Source: Synechococcales cyanobacterium (GTDB lineage Bacteria; Cyanobacteriota; Cyanobacteriia; PCC-6307; Cyanobiaceae). From it: DNA of 64,000 bases. The stretch covers positions 91,006 to 155,005 of the forward strand of contig CALOCJ010000008.1 of assembly GCA_942491925.1 (NCBI GenBank), in the 5' to 3' direction. The notes below the pieces were generated by a model. That model searched no databases and was not told the origin of the DNA. It saw only the letters and a program-made list of their open reading frames with translations. Both the position numbers and the translations under genes were made by a program. Position 1 is the first letter of the stretch. Every line of letters starts with the position of its first letter. Below, piece by piece: positions 21,070-39,362 of this stretch.

Positions 21070-21966
21070 ATGACGGTCGCCCACGGCTCCTCCCCTGGGG
21101 TGCACCGAATGACAGCCACCACAGTCTCCACCAGCGCTTCCGCAGCCATCGCCCCCATGGCCCATGGCGCTTCGGTTCCTCCGCTGGTGGACAGCCACTG
21201 TCACATCGTCTTCCGCAATTTTGAATCCGACCTTGAGGAGGTCTGCCAACGCTGGAGGGAAGCCGGGGTCCGCTCACTGGTGCATGCCTGCGTCGAACCC
21301 GCGGAGATTCCGGCCATCCGTGCCCTGGCCGACCGCTTCCCGGAGATGCGCTATTCGGTGGGTGTTCACCCCCTCGACACCCAGCACTGGGTTTCGGACA
21401 CAGAGCAGGTGCTGAGGGATGCGGCGACGGCCGATGATCGGGTGGTGGCGATCGGAGAACTGGGTCTCGATCTGTTCCGCGACAAGAATCTCGAGGAACA
21501 ACTCCAGGTTCTTCGCCCCCAGCTGGATCTGGCGGTGGAACTGGATCTGCCCGTGATCATTCACTGCCGCGATGCCGCCGAGCCCATGCTGGCGGAACTG
21601 AATCGACGGGCCGAAAGGGGTGCCTGCCCCAGGGGGGTGATGCACTGCTGGGGAGGAACTCCGGAAGAGATGGCTGGTTTTCTCGAACTGGGCATGCTGA
21701 TCAGCTTCAGCGGAACGGTCACCTTCCCCAAGGCCGCCGCCACCCACGCCTGTGCAACGTTGGTACCCGCCGATCGCTACCTGGTGGAGACGGACTGCCC
21801 CTTTCTTGCCCCGGTACCCCGTCGCGGCAAGCGAAACGAACCGGCGTTCGTGGCCTCCGTGGCCCAGCGTGTGGCCGATCTGCGCGGCGAGGATCTGGAT
21901 GTTGTGGCGCGGACTACCACGACCAATGCTACGAATCTGTTCCGTTTGCCCTGTCACAGTGTATGA
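21070..21966 (+). CDS. tatD: TatD family hydrolase
   Basis: DSHCH, GVHP, AIGELGLD, IHCR, ETDCPFLAP; start uncertain. Confidence 0.93.
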   Translation: MTVAHGSSPGVHRMTATTVSTSASAAIAPMAHGASVPPLVDSHCHIVFRNFESDLEEVCQRWREAGVRSLVHACVEPAEIPAIRALADRFPEMRYSVGVHPLDTQHWVSDTEQVLRDAATADDRVVAIGELGLDLFRDKNLEEQLQVLRPQLDLAVELDLPVIIHCRDAAEPMLAELNRRAERGACPRGVMHCWGGTPEEMAGFLELGMLISFSGTVTFPKAAATHACATLVPADRYLVETDCPFLAPVPRRGKRNEPAFVASVAQRVADLRGEDLDVVARTTTTNATNLFRLPCHSV

Positions 21967-22039
21967 TGATCTATTGGCCTGGATGCGGTACCCCGCCTTT
22001 TGTCAACGACGGCACCATCACGATTGGTTTCTCTGAAGC

Positions 22040-22152
22040 GGTCCCGGTAGGCACTTCCTCTCGAGCTGTCGTTCTGTCCTGGTGACATGCGACGACAGCT
22101 CCAGTGGAGGTGCTGTTGTTCATGGACTGCAACGTCCATGGCGCCACGGACC
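22040..22152 (+). promoter_or_regulatory. Structured 5' leader of the rpoB operon
   Basis: gcacttcc/ggaggtgc and gagctgtcgt/acgacagctc nested stems, catggac/gtccatg hairpin, ggtcc/ggacc closing; possible -10 TATGAT at 21962-21967. Confidence 0.55.
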
Positions 22153-22260
22153 AGCCTCAATGACCTCAGTCCCGCGTCAGGCACCACCCCCTGAAGGCTG
22201 CCTCCGCACTTGTTGTCCGTCCAGGTTCTTTTTACCACCCGTTAACTGCAGGTTCACCGA

Positions 22261-25200
22261 ATGAGCAGCGCGATCCAGGTCGCCAAGACCGTCACCTACC
22301 TCCCTGATCTGGTGGAGGTGCAACGGTCGAGCTTCAAATGGTTCCTGGAGAAGGGCCTGATCGAGGAGCTGGACAGCTTTTCACCGATCACCGACTACAC
22401 GGGCAAACTCGAGCTCCATTTCATCGGCAATGAATACCGTCTGAAACGGCCTCGCCATGATGTGGAGGAGGCCAAGCGCCGGGATGCCACCTTTGCCTCC
22501 CAGATGTATGTGACCTGCCGCCTGGTCAACAAGGAAACCGGCGAGATCAAGGAGCAGGAGGTTTTCATCGGTGAACTTCCCCTGATGACCGAACGGGGCA
22601 CGTTCATCATCAATGGTGCCGAACGGGTCATCGTCAACCAGATCGTTCGCAGCCCAGGCGTTTACTTCAAGGATGAGCAGGACAAGAACGGTCGCAAGAC
22701 CTTCAACGCCAGCCTGATACCCAACCGTGGTGCATGGCTGAAGTTTGAAACCGATAAGAATGACCTTCTTCATGTGCGCGTCGACAAGACCCGTAAGATC
22801 AATGCCCATGTATTGATGCGGGCCATCGGGCTTTCTGATAATGATGTGCTCGACAAACTGCGCCATCCCGAGTATTACCAGAAGTCGATTGAGGCCTCTA
22901 ATGATGAAGGCATCAGCTCAGAAGACCAGGCCCTGCTGGAGCTTTACAAAAAACTGAGGCCAGGTGAACCTCCTTCAGTGAGTGGCGGCCAGCAATTGCT
23001 GCACAGCCGCTTTTTTGATCCCAAGCGCTATGACCTGGGCCGGGTGGGTCGTTACAAGATCAACAAGAAACTTCGCCTCACCATCCCCGACGCGGTTCGC
23101 ACCCTCACCGCCGAGGATGTGCTGTCCACGATCGATTATCTGGTCAACCTGGAGCTTGATGTAGGTGGAGCCAGCCTCGATGACATCGACCATCTGGGCA
23201 ACCGTCGGGTCCGCTCCGTGGGCGAGTTGCTCCAGAACCAGGTGCGGGTGGGGCTGAATCGCCTCGAGCGCATCATCCGTGAGCGGATGACGGTCGGAGA
23301 GACGGACTCCCTCACCCCGGCCCAGTTGGTCAACCCCAAGCCCCTGGTGGCGGCGATCAAGGAGTTCTTCGGCTCCAGCCAGCTGAGCCAGTTCATGGAT
23401 CAGACCAACCCCCTGGCCGAACTCACCCACAAGCGCCGCATCAGTGCCCTCGGCCCCGGGGGACTCACCCGGGAGCGGGCCGGTTTTGCCGTGCGGGACA
23501 TCCACCCCTCTCACTACGGGCGCATCTGCCCGATCGAAACCCCTGAAGGCCCCAACGCCGGTCTGATCGGTTCCCTGGCCACCCACGCCAGGGTGAATGA
23601 ATACGGCTTCATCGAAACCCCCTTCTGGCCTGTGGAGAACGGCATCGTCGCCAAGGGGGGCGATCCCATCTACCTCTCCGCCGACCTGGAGGATGAGTGC
23701 CGGGTCGCCCCGGGCGACGTGGCCACCGACGCCGAAGGACACATCACCGCCGAACTGGTGCCGGTCCGTTACCGGCAGGATTTCGAGACCGTCCCCCCTG
23801 AGCAGGTGGACTACGTCCAGCTCTCACCGGTTCAGGTGATCTCGGTGGCCACCTCCCTGATCCCATTTCTGGAGCACGACGATGCCAACCGGGCCCTGAT
23901 GGGCTCCAACATGCAACGCCAGGCGGTCCCCCTGCTGCGCCCCGAACGTCCGCTCGTGGGCACGGGCCTCGAAACCCAGGTGGCGCGTGACTCCGGCATG
24001 GTGCCGATCACCAAGGTCAATGGCACGGTCACCTTCGTTGACGCTACGGCGATCGTGATTCGCGACGATCAGGGCTATGAGCATGTGCACCATCTGCAGA
24101 AATATCAGCGTTCCAATCAGGACACCTGCCTCAACCAGCGGCCGATCGTGCGACAGGGCGATCCGGTGATCGCCGGGCAGGTACTTGCCAACGGTTCGGC
24201 CTGCGAAGGGGGCGAGATCGCCCTGGGTCAGAATGTTCTGATCGCCTACATGCCATGGGAAGGATATAATTATGAAGATGCCATCCTGGTCAGCGAGCGG
24301 CTTGTTCAGGACGACCTTTACACGTCAGTCCACATTGAAAAATATGAGATTGAAGCCCGCCAAACCAAGCTGGGGCCGGAGGAAATCACTCGGGAAATTC
24401 CCAACGTAGCGGAAGAAAGCCTGGGTAATCTCGACGAGATGGGCATCATCCGTATCGGCGCTTTCGTTGAGTCTGGCGACATCCTGGTGGGCAAGGTGAC
24501 TCCGAAGGGCGAATCCGATCAGCCCCCAGAGGAAAAATTGTTGAGGGCCATTTTCGGCGAAAAGGCCCGGGATGTGCGCGACAACTCGCTGCGGGTACCC
24601 AGCACCGAGCGCGGCCGGGTGGTGGACGTGCGTATCTACACCCGGGAGCAGGGAGATGAACTCCCGCCGGGCGCGAACATGGTGGTGCGGGTCTACGTCG
24701 CCCAGCGGCGCAAGATCCAGGTGGGCGACAAGATGGCCGGTCGGCACGGCAACAAGGGGATCATCAGCCGCATCCTTCCCCGGGAAGATATGCCCTACCT
24801 GCCCGACGGCACACCGATAGACATTGTCCTCAATCCGCTTGGGGTTCCCTCCAGGATGAACGTGGGCCAGGTGTTCGAGTGTCTGATGGGCTGGGCTTCT
24901 TCCCACCTCAACTGCCGCGTCAAGGTGGTTCCCTTTGATGAGATGTATGGGGCCGAGAAGTCCAAACAAACCGTGCAGGCCTACCTGGAGGAGGCGGCCA
25001 AGCTGCCCGGCAAGGATTGGGTCTATGACCCTGAGCACCCCGGCAAGATTCAGCTGATCGACGGGCGCACCGGCGAAGCGTTCGACCAGCCGGTCACGGT
25101 TGGCTATGCCCACATCCTGAAGCTGGTCCACCTGGTGGACGACAAGATCCACGCCCGCTCCACCGGTCCCTACTCCCTGGTCACCCAGCAGCCCCTGGGC

Positions 25201-25551
25201 GGCAAGGCCCAGCAGGGCGGTCAGCGTCTGGGCGAAATGGAGGTCTGGGCGTTGGAGGCCTATGGAGCTGCCTACACCCTGCAGGAACTCCTCACGGTCA
25301 AGTCCGACGACATGCAAGGTCGGAATGAAGCTCTCAACGCCATCGTCAAGGGCAAGCCGATTCCCCGCCCCGGCACCCCTGAGTCCTTCAAGGTGCTGAT
25401 GCGCGAGCTTCAGTCCCTTGGCCTCGACATCGCCGTCTACACCGACAGTGGCGAAGAGGTGGATCTGATGCAGGACGTCAACCCGCGCCGCAGCACCCCA
25501 AGCCGTCCCACCTACGAGTCCCTGGGTGTGGCTGATTACGACGACGACTGA
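22261..25551 (+). CDS. rpoB: RNA polymerase beta subunit
   Basis: [33 protein letters not shown]. Confidence 0.99.
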   Translation: MSSAIQVAKTVTYLPDLVEVQRSSFKWFLEKGLIEELDSFSPITDYTGKLELHFIGNEYRLKRPRHDVEEAKRRDATFASQMYVTCRLVNKETGEIKEQEVFIGELPLMTERGTFIINGAERVIVNQIVRSPGVYFKDEQDKNGRKTFNASLIPNRGAWLKFETDKNDLLHVRVDKTRKINAHVLMRAIGLSDNDVLDKLRHPEYYQKSIEASNDEGISSEDQALLELYKKLRPGEPPSVSGGQQLLHSRFFDPKRYDLGRVGRYKINKKLRLTIPDAVRTLTAEDVLSTIDYLVNLELDVGGASLDDIDHLGNRRVRSVGELLQNQVRVGLNRLERIIRERMTVGETDSLTPAQLVNPKPLVAAIKEFFGSSQLSQFMDQTNPLAELTHKRRISALGPGGLTRERAGFAVRDIHPSHYGRICPIETPEGPNAGLIGSLATHARVNEYGFIETPFWPVENGIVAKGGDPIYLSADLEDECRVAPGDVATDAEGHITAELVPVRYRQDFETVPPEQVDYVQLSPVQVISVATSLIPFLEHDDANRALMGSNMQRQAVPLLRPERPLVGTGLETQVARDSGMVPITKVNGTVTFVDATAIVIRDDQGYEHVHHLQKYQRSNQDTCLNQRPIVRQGDPVIAGQVLANGSACEGGEIALGQNVLIAYMPWEGYNYEDAILVSERLVQDDLYTSVHIEKYEIEARQTKLGPEEITREIPNVAEESLGNLDEMGIIRIGAFVESGDILVGKVTPKGESDQPPEEKLLRAIFGEKARDVRDNSLRVPSTERGRVVDVRIYTREQGDELPPGANMVVRVYVAQRRKIQVGDKMAGRHGNKGIISRILPREDMPYLPDGTPIDIVLNPLGVPSRMNVGQVFECLMGWASSHLNCRVKVVPFDEMYGAEKSKQTVQAYLEEAAKLPGKDWVYDPEHPGKIQLIDGRTGEAFDQPVTVGYAHILKLVHLVDDKIHARSTGPYSLVTQQPLGGKAQQGGQRLGEMEVWALEAYGAAYTLQELLTVKSDDMQGRNEALNAIVKGKPIPRPGTPESFKVLMRELQSLGLDIAVYTDSGEEVDLMQDVNPRRSTPSRPTYESLGVADYDDD

Positions 25552-25607
25552 TTGATTGCTGATTCCAGCCCTTCCTCCTGCTCCAAGGCGCGCATTTTCT
25601 CCCCCCC

Positions 25608-32944
<7,337 letters not shown>

Positions 32945-33037
32945 TCGGCCCCGGGCCACCCCTTCGCCGTTCCGTTTCCCTTCCGCCAGCTTCAGACAGG
33001 TTTCGTCAGCCCAACCTCCAGCTCCCTCATTCGGCCC

Positions 33038-34786
33038 ATGCAACCCATCGACTGGCTGATCCTGATCGCCTACCTGGTGGGAAGCTTGCTGGTGGGGTTG
33101 TGGCTTTCGCGTCGGAATAAGAACGAGGCCGACTATTTCGTGGCGGGCCGCCAGCTGAAGGGCTGGCTTGCCGGCGCTTCGATGGCCGCCACCACCTTTT
33201 CCGTGGACACCCCCCTCTACGTGGCCGGGCTGGTGGGGGTGCGGGGCCTGGCCGGGAACTGGGAATGGTGGAGCTTCGGGGTGGCCCATGTGGCCATGGC
33301 GGTGGTGTTCGCTCCCCTCTGGCGTCGCAGTGGCGTACTCACCGACGCCGCCTTCACCGAACTGCGCTACGGAGGAGCGACGGCGGCCTGGTTACGGGGC
33401 ATCAAGGCCTTTCTGTTTGCCCTGCCGGTGAACTGCATCGGTATCGGCTACGCCTTCCTGGCCATGGCCAAGGTGAGTGAAGCGATCGGGATCGCCCCCA
33501 CCCCCGAGTCCCGAGTCTGGTTGCTGGCCGTGGTGGGTGCCTTGGTTTTGGTTTACACCGCGGCAGGGGGTTTATGGGCTGTGGTGGTCACCGACATGCT
33601 CCAACTGGTGGTGGCCCTGGGCGGCGCCCTGGCGGTGGCGGTGGTATCGGTGCAGGCGGCCGGAGGCATGGATGGATTGCTGGAATCGATCCGGGCCCTG
33701 GAGCGGCCGGAACTGCTGTCGCTGGTGCCCTGGCAGATGGAGGGGGGCCGGCTGCGCTGGATCGATGGGGCCGGCATTTCGATCTCCACCTTTTCGGCCT
33801 ACATCGCCCTGCAGTGGTGGAGTTTTCGCCGCAGCGATGGAGGTGGTGAATTCATTCAGCGGCTGCTCGCCACCCGCAACGAACGGGAAGCACGCATCGC
33901 CAGCTGGACGTTTCTGGGAGTGAACTACCTGCTGCGCAGCTGGCCCTGGATTCTGGTGGCCCTCGCCGCCGTGGTGCTGCTGCCCGATCAGACCGACTGG
34001 GAACAGAGCTATCCGCTTCTGGCCGTGAGGTTTCTGCCGCCCGTGGCCCTCGGGTTGGTGGTGGTCTCCCTGGTGGCCGCCTTCATGAGCACGGTGAGCA
34101 CGGCGGTGAACTGGGGCGCCAGCTATCTCACCCACGACCTTTATCAGCGCTTCTTCCGGCCGGCCGCTCCCCAGAAGGAAATCCTGGTGGTCGGGCAGCT
34201 CGCTTCGGTGCTGCTGGTGGTGCTGGGGGTGATCACCGCCCTGCTGAGCGACAGCATCGGCGCCGTGTTTCGCCTGGTGATCGCCATCGGCACCGGCCCT
34301 GGTGTGGTGCTGGTGCTGCGCTGGTTCTGGTGGCGGATCAACGCCGCGGCCGAATTGGCGGCCATGCTGGGGGGCTTCCTGGTGGGCTTCTCCACATCGG
34401 TTGTGCCCTTGCTGCGCATCGACGACTACGGCCATCGCCTGATGGTCACCACCCTGTTGACCGCTCTGCTCTGGATCCTGGTGATGCTCGCCACCCCACC
34501 GGAGAGCGCCTCTGTACTGGATAACTTCGTGCGTCAGGTGAGGCCAGCCGGTCCTGGCTGGACCCGGTGGCGTCAGCGAGCCGGAGTGGAGCCGAGCGAA
34601 ACCCTGCTGGATCTGGTCTTCCAGCTGGTGCTGAGCTGCGCCGTTCTGTTCGGTGCCCTGCTGGGCATGGGGGGCTTTCTGCTCAAACAGCCCCTCTGGG
34701 GCTGGGGAGGGTTGGTCGCCGTGGTGCTGGGGGTATGGATGCTGCTGAAACGGCCCCAGTTGGTGGGGGTGATTCGAAACAGGTAG
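33038..34786 (+). CDS. Sodium:solute symporter family protein
   Basis: YFVAGR, SMAATTFSVDTP, many TM helices, AAFMST. Confidence 0.92.
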   Translation: MQPIDWLILIAYLVGSLLVGLWLSRRNKNEADYFVAGRQLKGWLAGASMAATTFSVDTPLYVAGLVGVRGLAGNWEWWSFGVAHVAMAVVFAPLWRRSGVLTDAAFTELRYGGATAAWLRGIKAFLFALPVNCIGIGYAFLAMAKVSEAIGIAPTPESRVWLLAVVGALVLVYTAAGGLWAVVVTDMLQLVVALGGALAVAVVSVQAAGGMDGLLESIRALERPELLSLVPWQMEGGRLRWIDGAGISISTFSAYIALQWWSFRRSDGGGEFIQRLLATRNEREARIASWTFLGVNYLLRSWPWILVALAAVVLLPDQTDWEQSYPLLAVRFLPPVALGLVVVSLVAAFMSTVSTAVNWGASYLTHDLYQRFFRPAAPQKEILVVGQLASVLLVVLGVITALLSDSIGAVFRLVIAIGTGPGVVLVLRWFWWRINAAAELAAMLGGFLVGFSTSVVPLLRIDDYGHRLMVTTLLTALLWILVMLATPPESASVLDNFVRQVRPAGPGWTRWRQRAGVEPSETLLDLVFQLVLSCAVLFGALLGMGGFLLKQPLWGWGGLVAVVLGVWMLLKRPQLVGVIRNR

Positions 34787-35144
34787 CCAACGGATCCTGT
34801 CCTGGCTGCCTGCCGGCTCCCTGCAAGCCGGGTAGATCCTCGGACGGCAAGGGGTGGCCCATCCCCCCGGAGCGCATCGATGCTGGCCATCGTCGGGCCA
34901 GGCCCGGACCCTGGAACCGCTTCAGAAGAGCGTCCACCTGCCCTCGATCCCAACGAACTGCCGCTCCTGGCGGAAATCGACAGGCTGCTCAGATCCCTAC
35001 GGACCTTCTGTGCATGGAGAAGCAGGCAGGTCCGCTGCAGCAGGAAAATCATTGAGTCTGTCAAGGCAGCACGGGCAATGTCAGGGTTCTGAGACCTTCT
35101 TTGCTTGATCGCGCGCCCCCCCCCCAAAGAAACGGCGGTGAGGG

Positions 35145-35153
35145 TGATAGAGT
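35145..35153 (+). promoter_or_regulatory. Putative extended -10 promoter (TG-A-TAGAGT) of the PEP-CTERM-like gene
   Basis: TGnTAnnnT match 24 nt upstream of ATG 35178. Confidence 0.4.
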
Positions 35154-35177
35154 ATTTCTATTGGTTTTTTTGAGCAG

Positions 35178-35897
35178 ATGCCTCAATCCACTTTTGCCCC
35201 GAAGGCAAGCAGCTTGAATCCAGTGTTCAAAGCCCTTGGCGGCATTGCCACAGGAGTTCTGGGAGTCACTCTCTTCTTTAACGCAGACTCGGCGTCAGCG
35301 CAAGTAACCTTTGACCTCAGATCGTCTCCCGCTGTATCTGCTAATAGTTTTACATTTTCTTCAGGCGGAATTAATTTAACCATCAACACAGTGCCACCTA
35401 CAGCACTTTCTAATAGTAATAACAGAGGAATCTGCGCATTTTCAGATTTAGCGGGATGTGGAGATACCAGTAATCCCAAAGGAACCATATTAGATGGACT
35501 AACCTTTTCTTTTGATACACCTGTAGAGCTTATCAGTTATGATATCACAAGGGTAAGAGTCAACCCCGGCGTTCCTCCTGCGACAGTTTCTTACACTCCA
35601 ACTTGGTCGAGTGCATCAGGTTCTCAGTCATTTGCGAGGACACAGACGTTTACATCCAGTCCGAATGTAGACAATCCCCCAGGCATAACTTTTGCGCCTG
35701 GTTTATTCGGCACCACCTTTACAAATACTACAGCTTTCTCAACCCAAGACGCATTATTTGAGTATCGAATCAACAATCTCCGTGTGGATCGGTATACTCC
35801 TCCTGCATCTGTCCCTGGACCCTTGCCTATTTTTGCAGCAGCCACTGCATTCGGATGGAGCAGGAAACTCCGTGGTCGTACAGCAAAGGCTGGTTGA
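35178..35897 (+). CDS. Secreted Ser/Thr-rich protein with PEP-CTERM-like (VPGPLP) sorting tail
   Basis: Signal peptide ending ASA|Q, S/T/N-rich body, C-terminal VPGPLP + hydrophobic stretch + GWSRKLR. Confidence 0.85.
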   Translation: MPQSTFAPKASSLNPVFKALGGIATGVLGVTLFFNADSASAQVTFDLRSSPAVSANSFTFSSGGINLTINTVPPTALSNSNNRGICAFSDLAGCGDTSNPKGTILDGLTFSFDTPVELISYDITRVRVNPGVPPATVSYTPTWSSASGSQSFARTQTFTSSPNVDNPPGITFAPGLFGTTFTNTTAFSTQDALFEYRINNLRVDRYTPPASVPGPLPIFAAATAFGWSRKLRGRTAKAG

Positions 35898-35946
35898 GGG
35901 TATCAACTCTACGACTTAGTATAAAAATTCATTTTTCTAATATCTT

Positions 35947-35976
35947 AAGCATGGTCTCTTAGAGACCATGCTTTTT
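35947..35976 (+). terminator. Rho-independent terminator
   Basis: Perfect 12-bp inverted repeat aagcatggtctc-tta-gagaccatgctt running into a T-run, 50 nt after the stop. Confidence 0.85.
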
Positions 35977-36304
35977 ATTGATGAATTAAAAAGCCTCCGG
36001 CTGATCGACTCTTGTTTAGATCAACACCTTCCATGCTGCATGGCATGACATGATTATTTTTGTTTTCTTTCTAAATCTAATAGTAAGATCATGACTACCT
36101 GAACGGTTACCTCCCAGACTCCCAGGGTTGTAGAGGCCATCGAGGTATCTCACTCTGAGCAAAGCTATGCAATAGGGATAAGATGATGCTCTATATCAAT
36201 CTGCAGCATTAAGAATGGGCCTTGTCCTCAATCCTAATTATTTAAAAAAGAATTTGACGTAGGAAGCTCTCTGAAAGCTCTGACCGCCTAGATCTCTACA
36301 TTCT

Positions 36305-36973
36305 TCAATGAAATATTGTCTGCAAATATTCCAGGTCATTTTTTGAAAAATATTCTTTATAGGAATTCATCTTTCCTTCTCGTACCTTTGGAAATCCGTT
36401 ACGTAAACGTAACCATGGTTGTTGGAATTTTCCAGATTCTTCTACACGCTTCATGGCATCAAAACTTGACAATCGAGAAGCAACTAGAATATCATTTTCG
36501 GATGCACTGATTTCATAATATTCAAGTACTCTTCTTAGTACGTCCGAGAAGTTTTCGTGGCATTGTTCATAAGTGATGCATTTTGCAATGCCCAACTGAC
36601 AGATTCTATCCCATTGATCTTGGAAGATCTTTAGGTTCTTTGCACCAAAGTAGTCATCTCGAATAAATTCTGATAGACTTCCTTTGTATTGAAAAAAGTC
36701 ATTAAATCTTCCCTTGATTTGAAAATAAAGGCTGACCATGATATCTCTCGGTTCTCGATAAAGATAAATGGTTCGATCGACTTGCTGATATTTACGTAAC
36801 CGGCTTGCAAAGTCAAAATTTGGCCTCGGCTTATCCCCGTTATTAAATTCAAAAGTATCATGATGAAAATTAATAGCTTGACAAACACCTAATTGATTAC
36901 AGGCATAGCGAATCCAGGAACGACCACTTTTGGGGTAGGATATAAAATGTCTGTTCATGACGTGATTATTCAA
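36305..36973 (-). CDS. Sulfotransferase domain protein
   Basis: SYPKSGRSW 5'-PSB loop, REPRDIMVSLY 3'-PB motif, KVREGK. Confidence 0.88.
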   Translation of the reverse strand: MNNHVMNRHFISYPKSGRSWIRYACNQLGVCQAINFHHDTFEFNNGDKPRPNFDFASRLRKYQQVDRTIYLYREPRDIMVSLYFQIKGRFNDFFQYKGSLSEFIRDDYFGAKNLKIFQDQWDRICQLGIAKCITYEQCHENFSDVLRRVLEYYEISASENDILVASRLSSFDAMKRVEESGKFQQPWLRLRNGFPKVREGKMNSYKEYFSKNDLEYLQTIFH

Positions 36974-38562
36974 GAATCTCAGTTTGAACTAACTTAATAC
37001 GCTGTAGAATATGCAACCCACCACTACTTCTTGTTGCATCGTCAGCAAATGTATGGCTACATGAGAATCCTGCTTCTTGAAGAAGGATTAATAAATTCTC
37101 ATCAGAAAAGAAAGAATCAGGTGTTCGCATAATCAACTTATCCTTTGCTAGCTTTGCAGCTCCTAAGAGCACGGCTTTTCGCTGTGACTTGGGAAGATGG
37201 TGATACACACCAAGAAATAATACAATATCATAGGATTCACACAGCCAGATCTGATTTTCCAACAGGAATTTTTCCCAAGGACATAAATTAGATAGATGCA
37301 TAGTTGCGTTTGGGTAAGGAGCCAAGATGCGTTTCCCTGAAACATAATAATCTTTATTCATATCGACGCAATCAATAGACTGAGCTCCTGCCTTGATGAA
37401 AATTTCAGCTAAGGTGCATTCAGCAGCTCCTAGATCAAGAATTGTTCTATTTTCACACGAATCAATCACTGGTTGAAGTCCATTAAGACGAGTATCCAGA
37501 CTCCACTTTCCATGTAGACCCATTTCTGGTACTCTTATGTAGAATTTAGATGTGGCCTGCTGAATCAATTGAAGTAATTCTTTTGAGTACTTTTTCCACG
37601 TAAACGCTTGAATTCGGTCCCTGCCGGCTCGTGCAAGCTTCTCCGCAAAACCTTCTCTATTTAAATGGATAATCTCCAAATTAGTCATGATCTCATCTGC
37701 CGTAATCTCCTTCATCACCAAAGCTGATTCCTTATCCTTTGCAAAAGCTTGAGTGCCATGCTGGGTACAAATAAGTGGTACGCAGCTGGCCATTGCCTCA
37801 GCAGCAAGATTCGCCCAACCAGCGTGTTGATCCATATGTACAATACAATCAACACTCTGATAAAATTCAGGCAGTTCACTATCTTCAAGTGGTCCGATGA
37901 GGATCAGTTTTCCTTGATGCTTTAGATCTAAGCTTTGAGAATCAAGCGATGGGCTTATAGTTCCGAATAGCTTTAATGTAATTGGGTAGGGATATCGCCT
38001 GACAGCTTCTAATAATAAGTCAGGGTTCTTGTATGATAAACCACCTACGATCAGTGGATGATCTATGGAAGGATGAGGACGATTCCGTGGGGTGCAAAAT
38101 TGTGAATAATCAACAGCACCTTCCAAAAAGAAAATGGCATCAGACATAAATTGAGGAAGGTATTGGTCAGGCCATGCTGCTTTATTGTTAAAGACAAGTA
38201 AGTGGGGCCTAAATATCTTATTCACATGGATAAAATTACTTTGTTTTGATCGGTCATTGAGAACATGCTGAATACGCTTGCCAAATATGGGATTCACCAG
38301 CCGTGACAGATTTTTAATCATCAAAGCAGGAAAGCCAGCTCCCGGAATCATTACCGCATCCCACTGTTCTTGTTCAGCTTTTTCGATAGGACATAAATCA
38401 AAATCTGGCAGTTCTGGGCCACCAGAGCCAGGAGACCAACAACTATTAAAATAAATAAAAATGATCTCATGGCCTAGTTTTCTTTGCTTCATTTCCAAAT
38501 CTTAAAAAACGTAGAAATCCCCCATTATAGACTGGTTGAAAACATATGATTCCAATTCGCAT
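36966..38562 (-). pseudogene. GT4 glycosyltransferase / class I SAM methyltransferase fusion with a 1-nt frameshift at 38478-38481 (real lesion or sequencing error)
   Basis: ATG 38562 gives MRIGIICFQPVYNGGFLRFLRFGNEAKK then TRP*; removing one A joins it to LGHEIIFIYF. AEAMASCVPLI (GT4) and ILDLGAAE, YDIVLFLGVYHH (MTase). Confidence 0.8.
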
Positions 38563-38660
38563 TGTGTTCTGGATGAGTAAGATAAGGAAGGTGATTCTAT
38601 GGAGAAGCTTAGCCTAGAAGACGGCTTCAATCAGCAGGCTTCCATCGTATATCCACCTAC

Positions 38661-39362
38661 CTAATCCAGCCTTGACTGATCATGAATTGGCTGTATACGA
38701 GCGTTAGAGGAATGGTAAGCTTTTGTATCAATGAGTAAATCAATTGCCATCCCATTTTGATTGTAATTGGCATGAGATCGACTGTCAGGACTTTTATTCA
38801 TGTGAGGGAATTCTTGTGAAGGCTTCGGTATCTGAAGAAAATTACACAGTTGGTTCCAGTCATCACCATCTTCCCAACAAACTTCAAGAAAATCATTATC
38901 TCGACCGCGGAAATACTCTCTTGCCGTATCAAGATGGTCTTGATAGATCTTCAGGTGCGCTTCTGGATTAATTTGCGGATAGGGAAAGCCATAAGCTAAC
39001 GTTCGAGACTTTGCTCCCCGTTCGGGGTCTGTGCGAAGAGAATGATTCATCAGGCTCTGCAACCACTTTGAGGGACTTGAGCGTTTAGTGAGAATAAACT
39101 TATTACCCGGAAAATTAATATCAATCTCTTTATAAACTAAAGGGTAGGGCCAGTCTTCAAAGGCAGAAAAGGAGCTGATCACATTAAATAGTCTGTCATA
39201 TCTCTGCTTCGAAATGTCTTCTAGCAGATGAAGATCAAATGAGGTTCTTTTGAATCCAAGTGTTTCAAGGGAATGACCCAAGGTCTTGGTTCCAGTTTTG
39301 TTTAGACCAATACCAAATACCTTGTAGGTATACTCAGTGTGGGGATAAATCTCAGATCTCAT
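38661..39362 (-). CDS. Sulfotransferase family protein (Sulfotransfer_4-like)
   Basis: KVFGIGLNKTGTKTL, FEDWP, KFILTKR...W..S, W..LC.FL..P.P...FPHMN. Confidence 0.87.
   Translation of the reverse strand: MRSEIYPHTEYTYKVFGIGLNKTGTKTLGHSLETLGFKRTSFDLHLLEDISKQRYDRLFNVISSFSAFEDWPYPLVYKEIDINFPGNKFILTKRSSPSKWLQSLMNHSLRTDPERGAKSRTLAYGFPYPQINPEAHLKIYQDHLDTAREYFRGRDNDFLEVCWEDGDDWNQLCNFLQIPKPSQEFPHMNKSPDSRSHANYNQNGMAIDLLIDTKAYHSSNARIQPIHDQSRLD

Noticed and set aside
34880-35092. 70-aa ORF between the symporter and the island
   Set aside because: No motif or RBS evidence, and competing ORFs in other frames; cannot be supported
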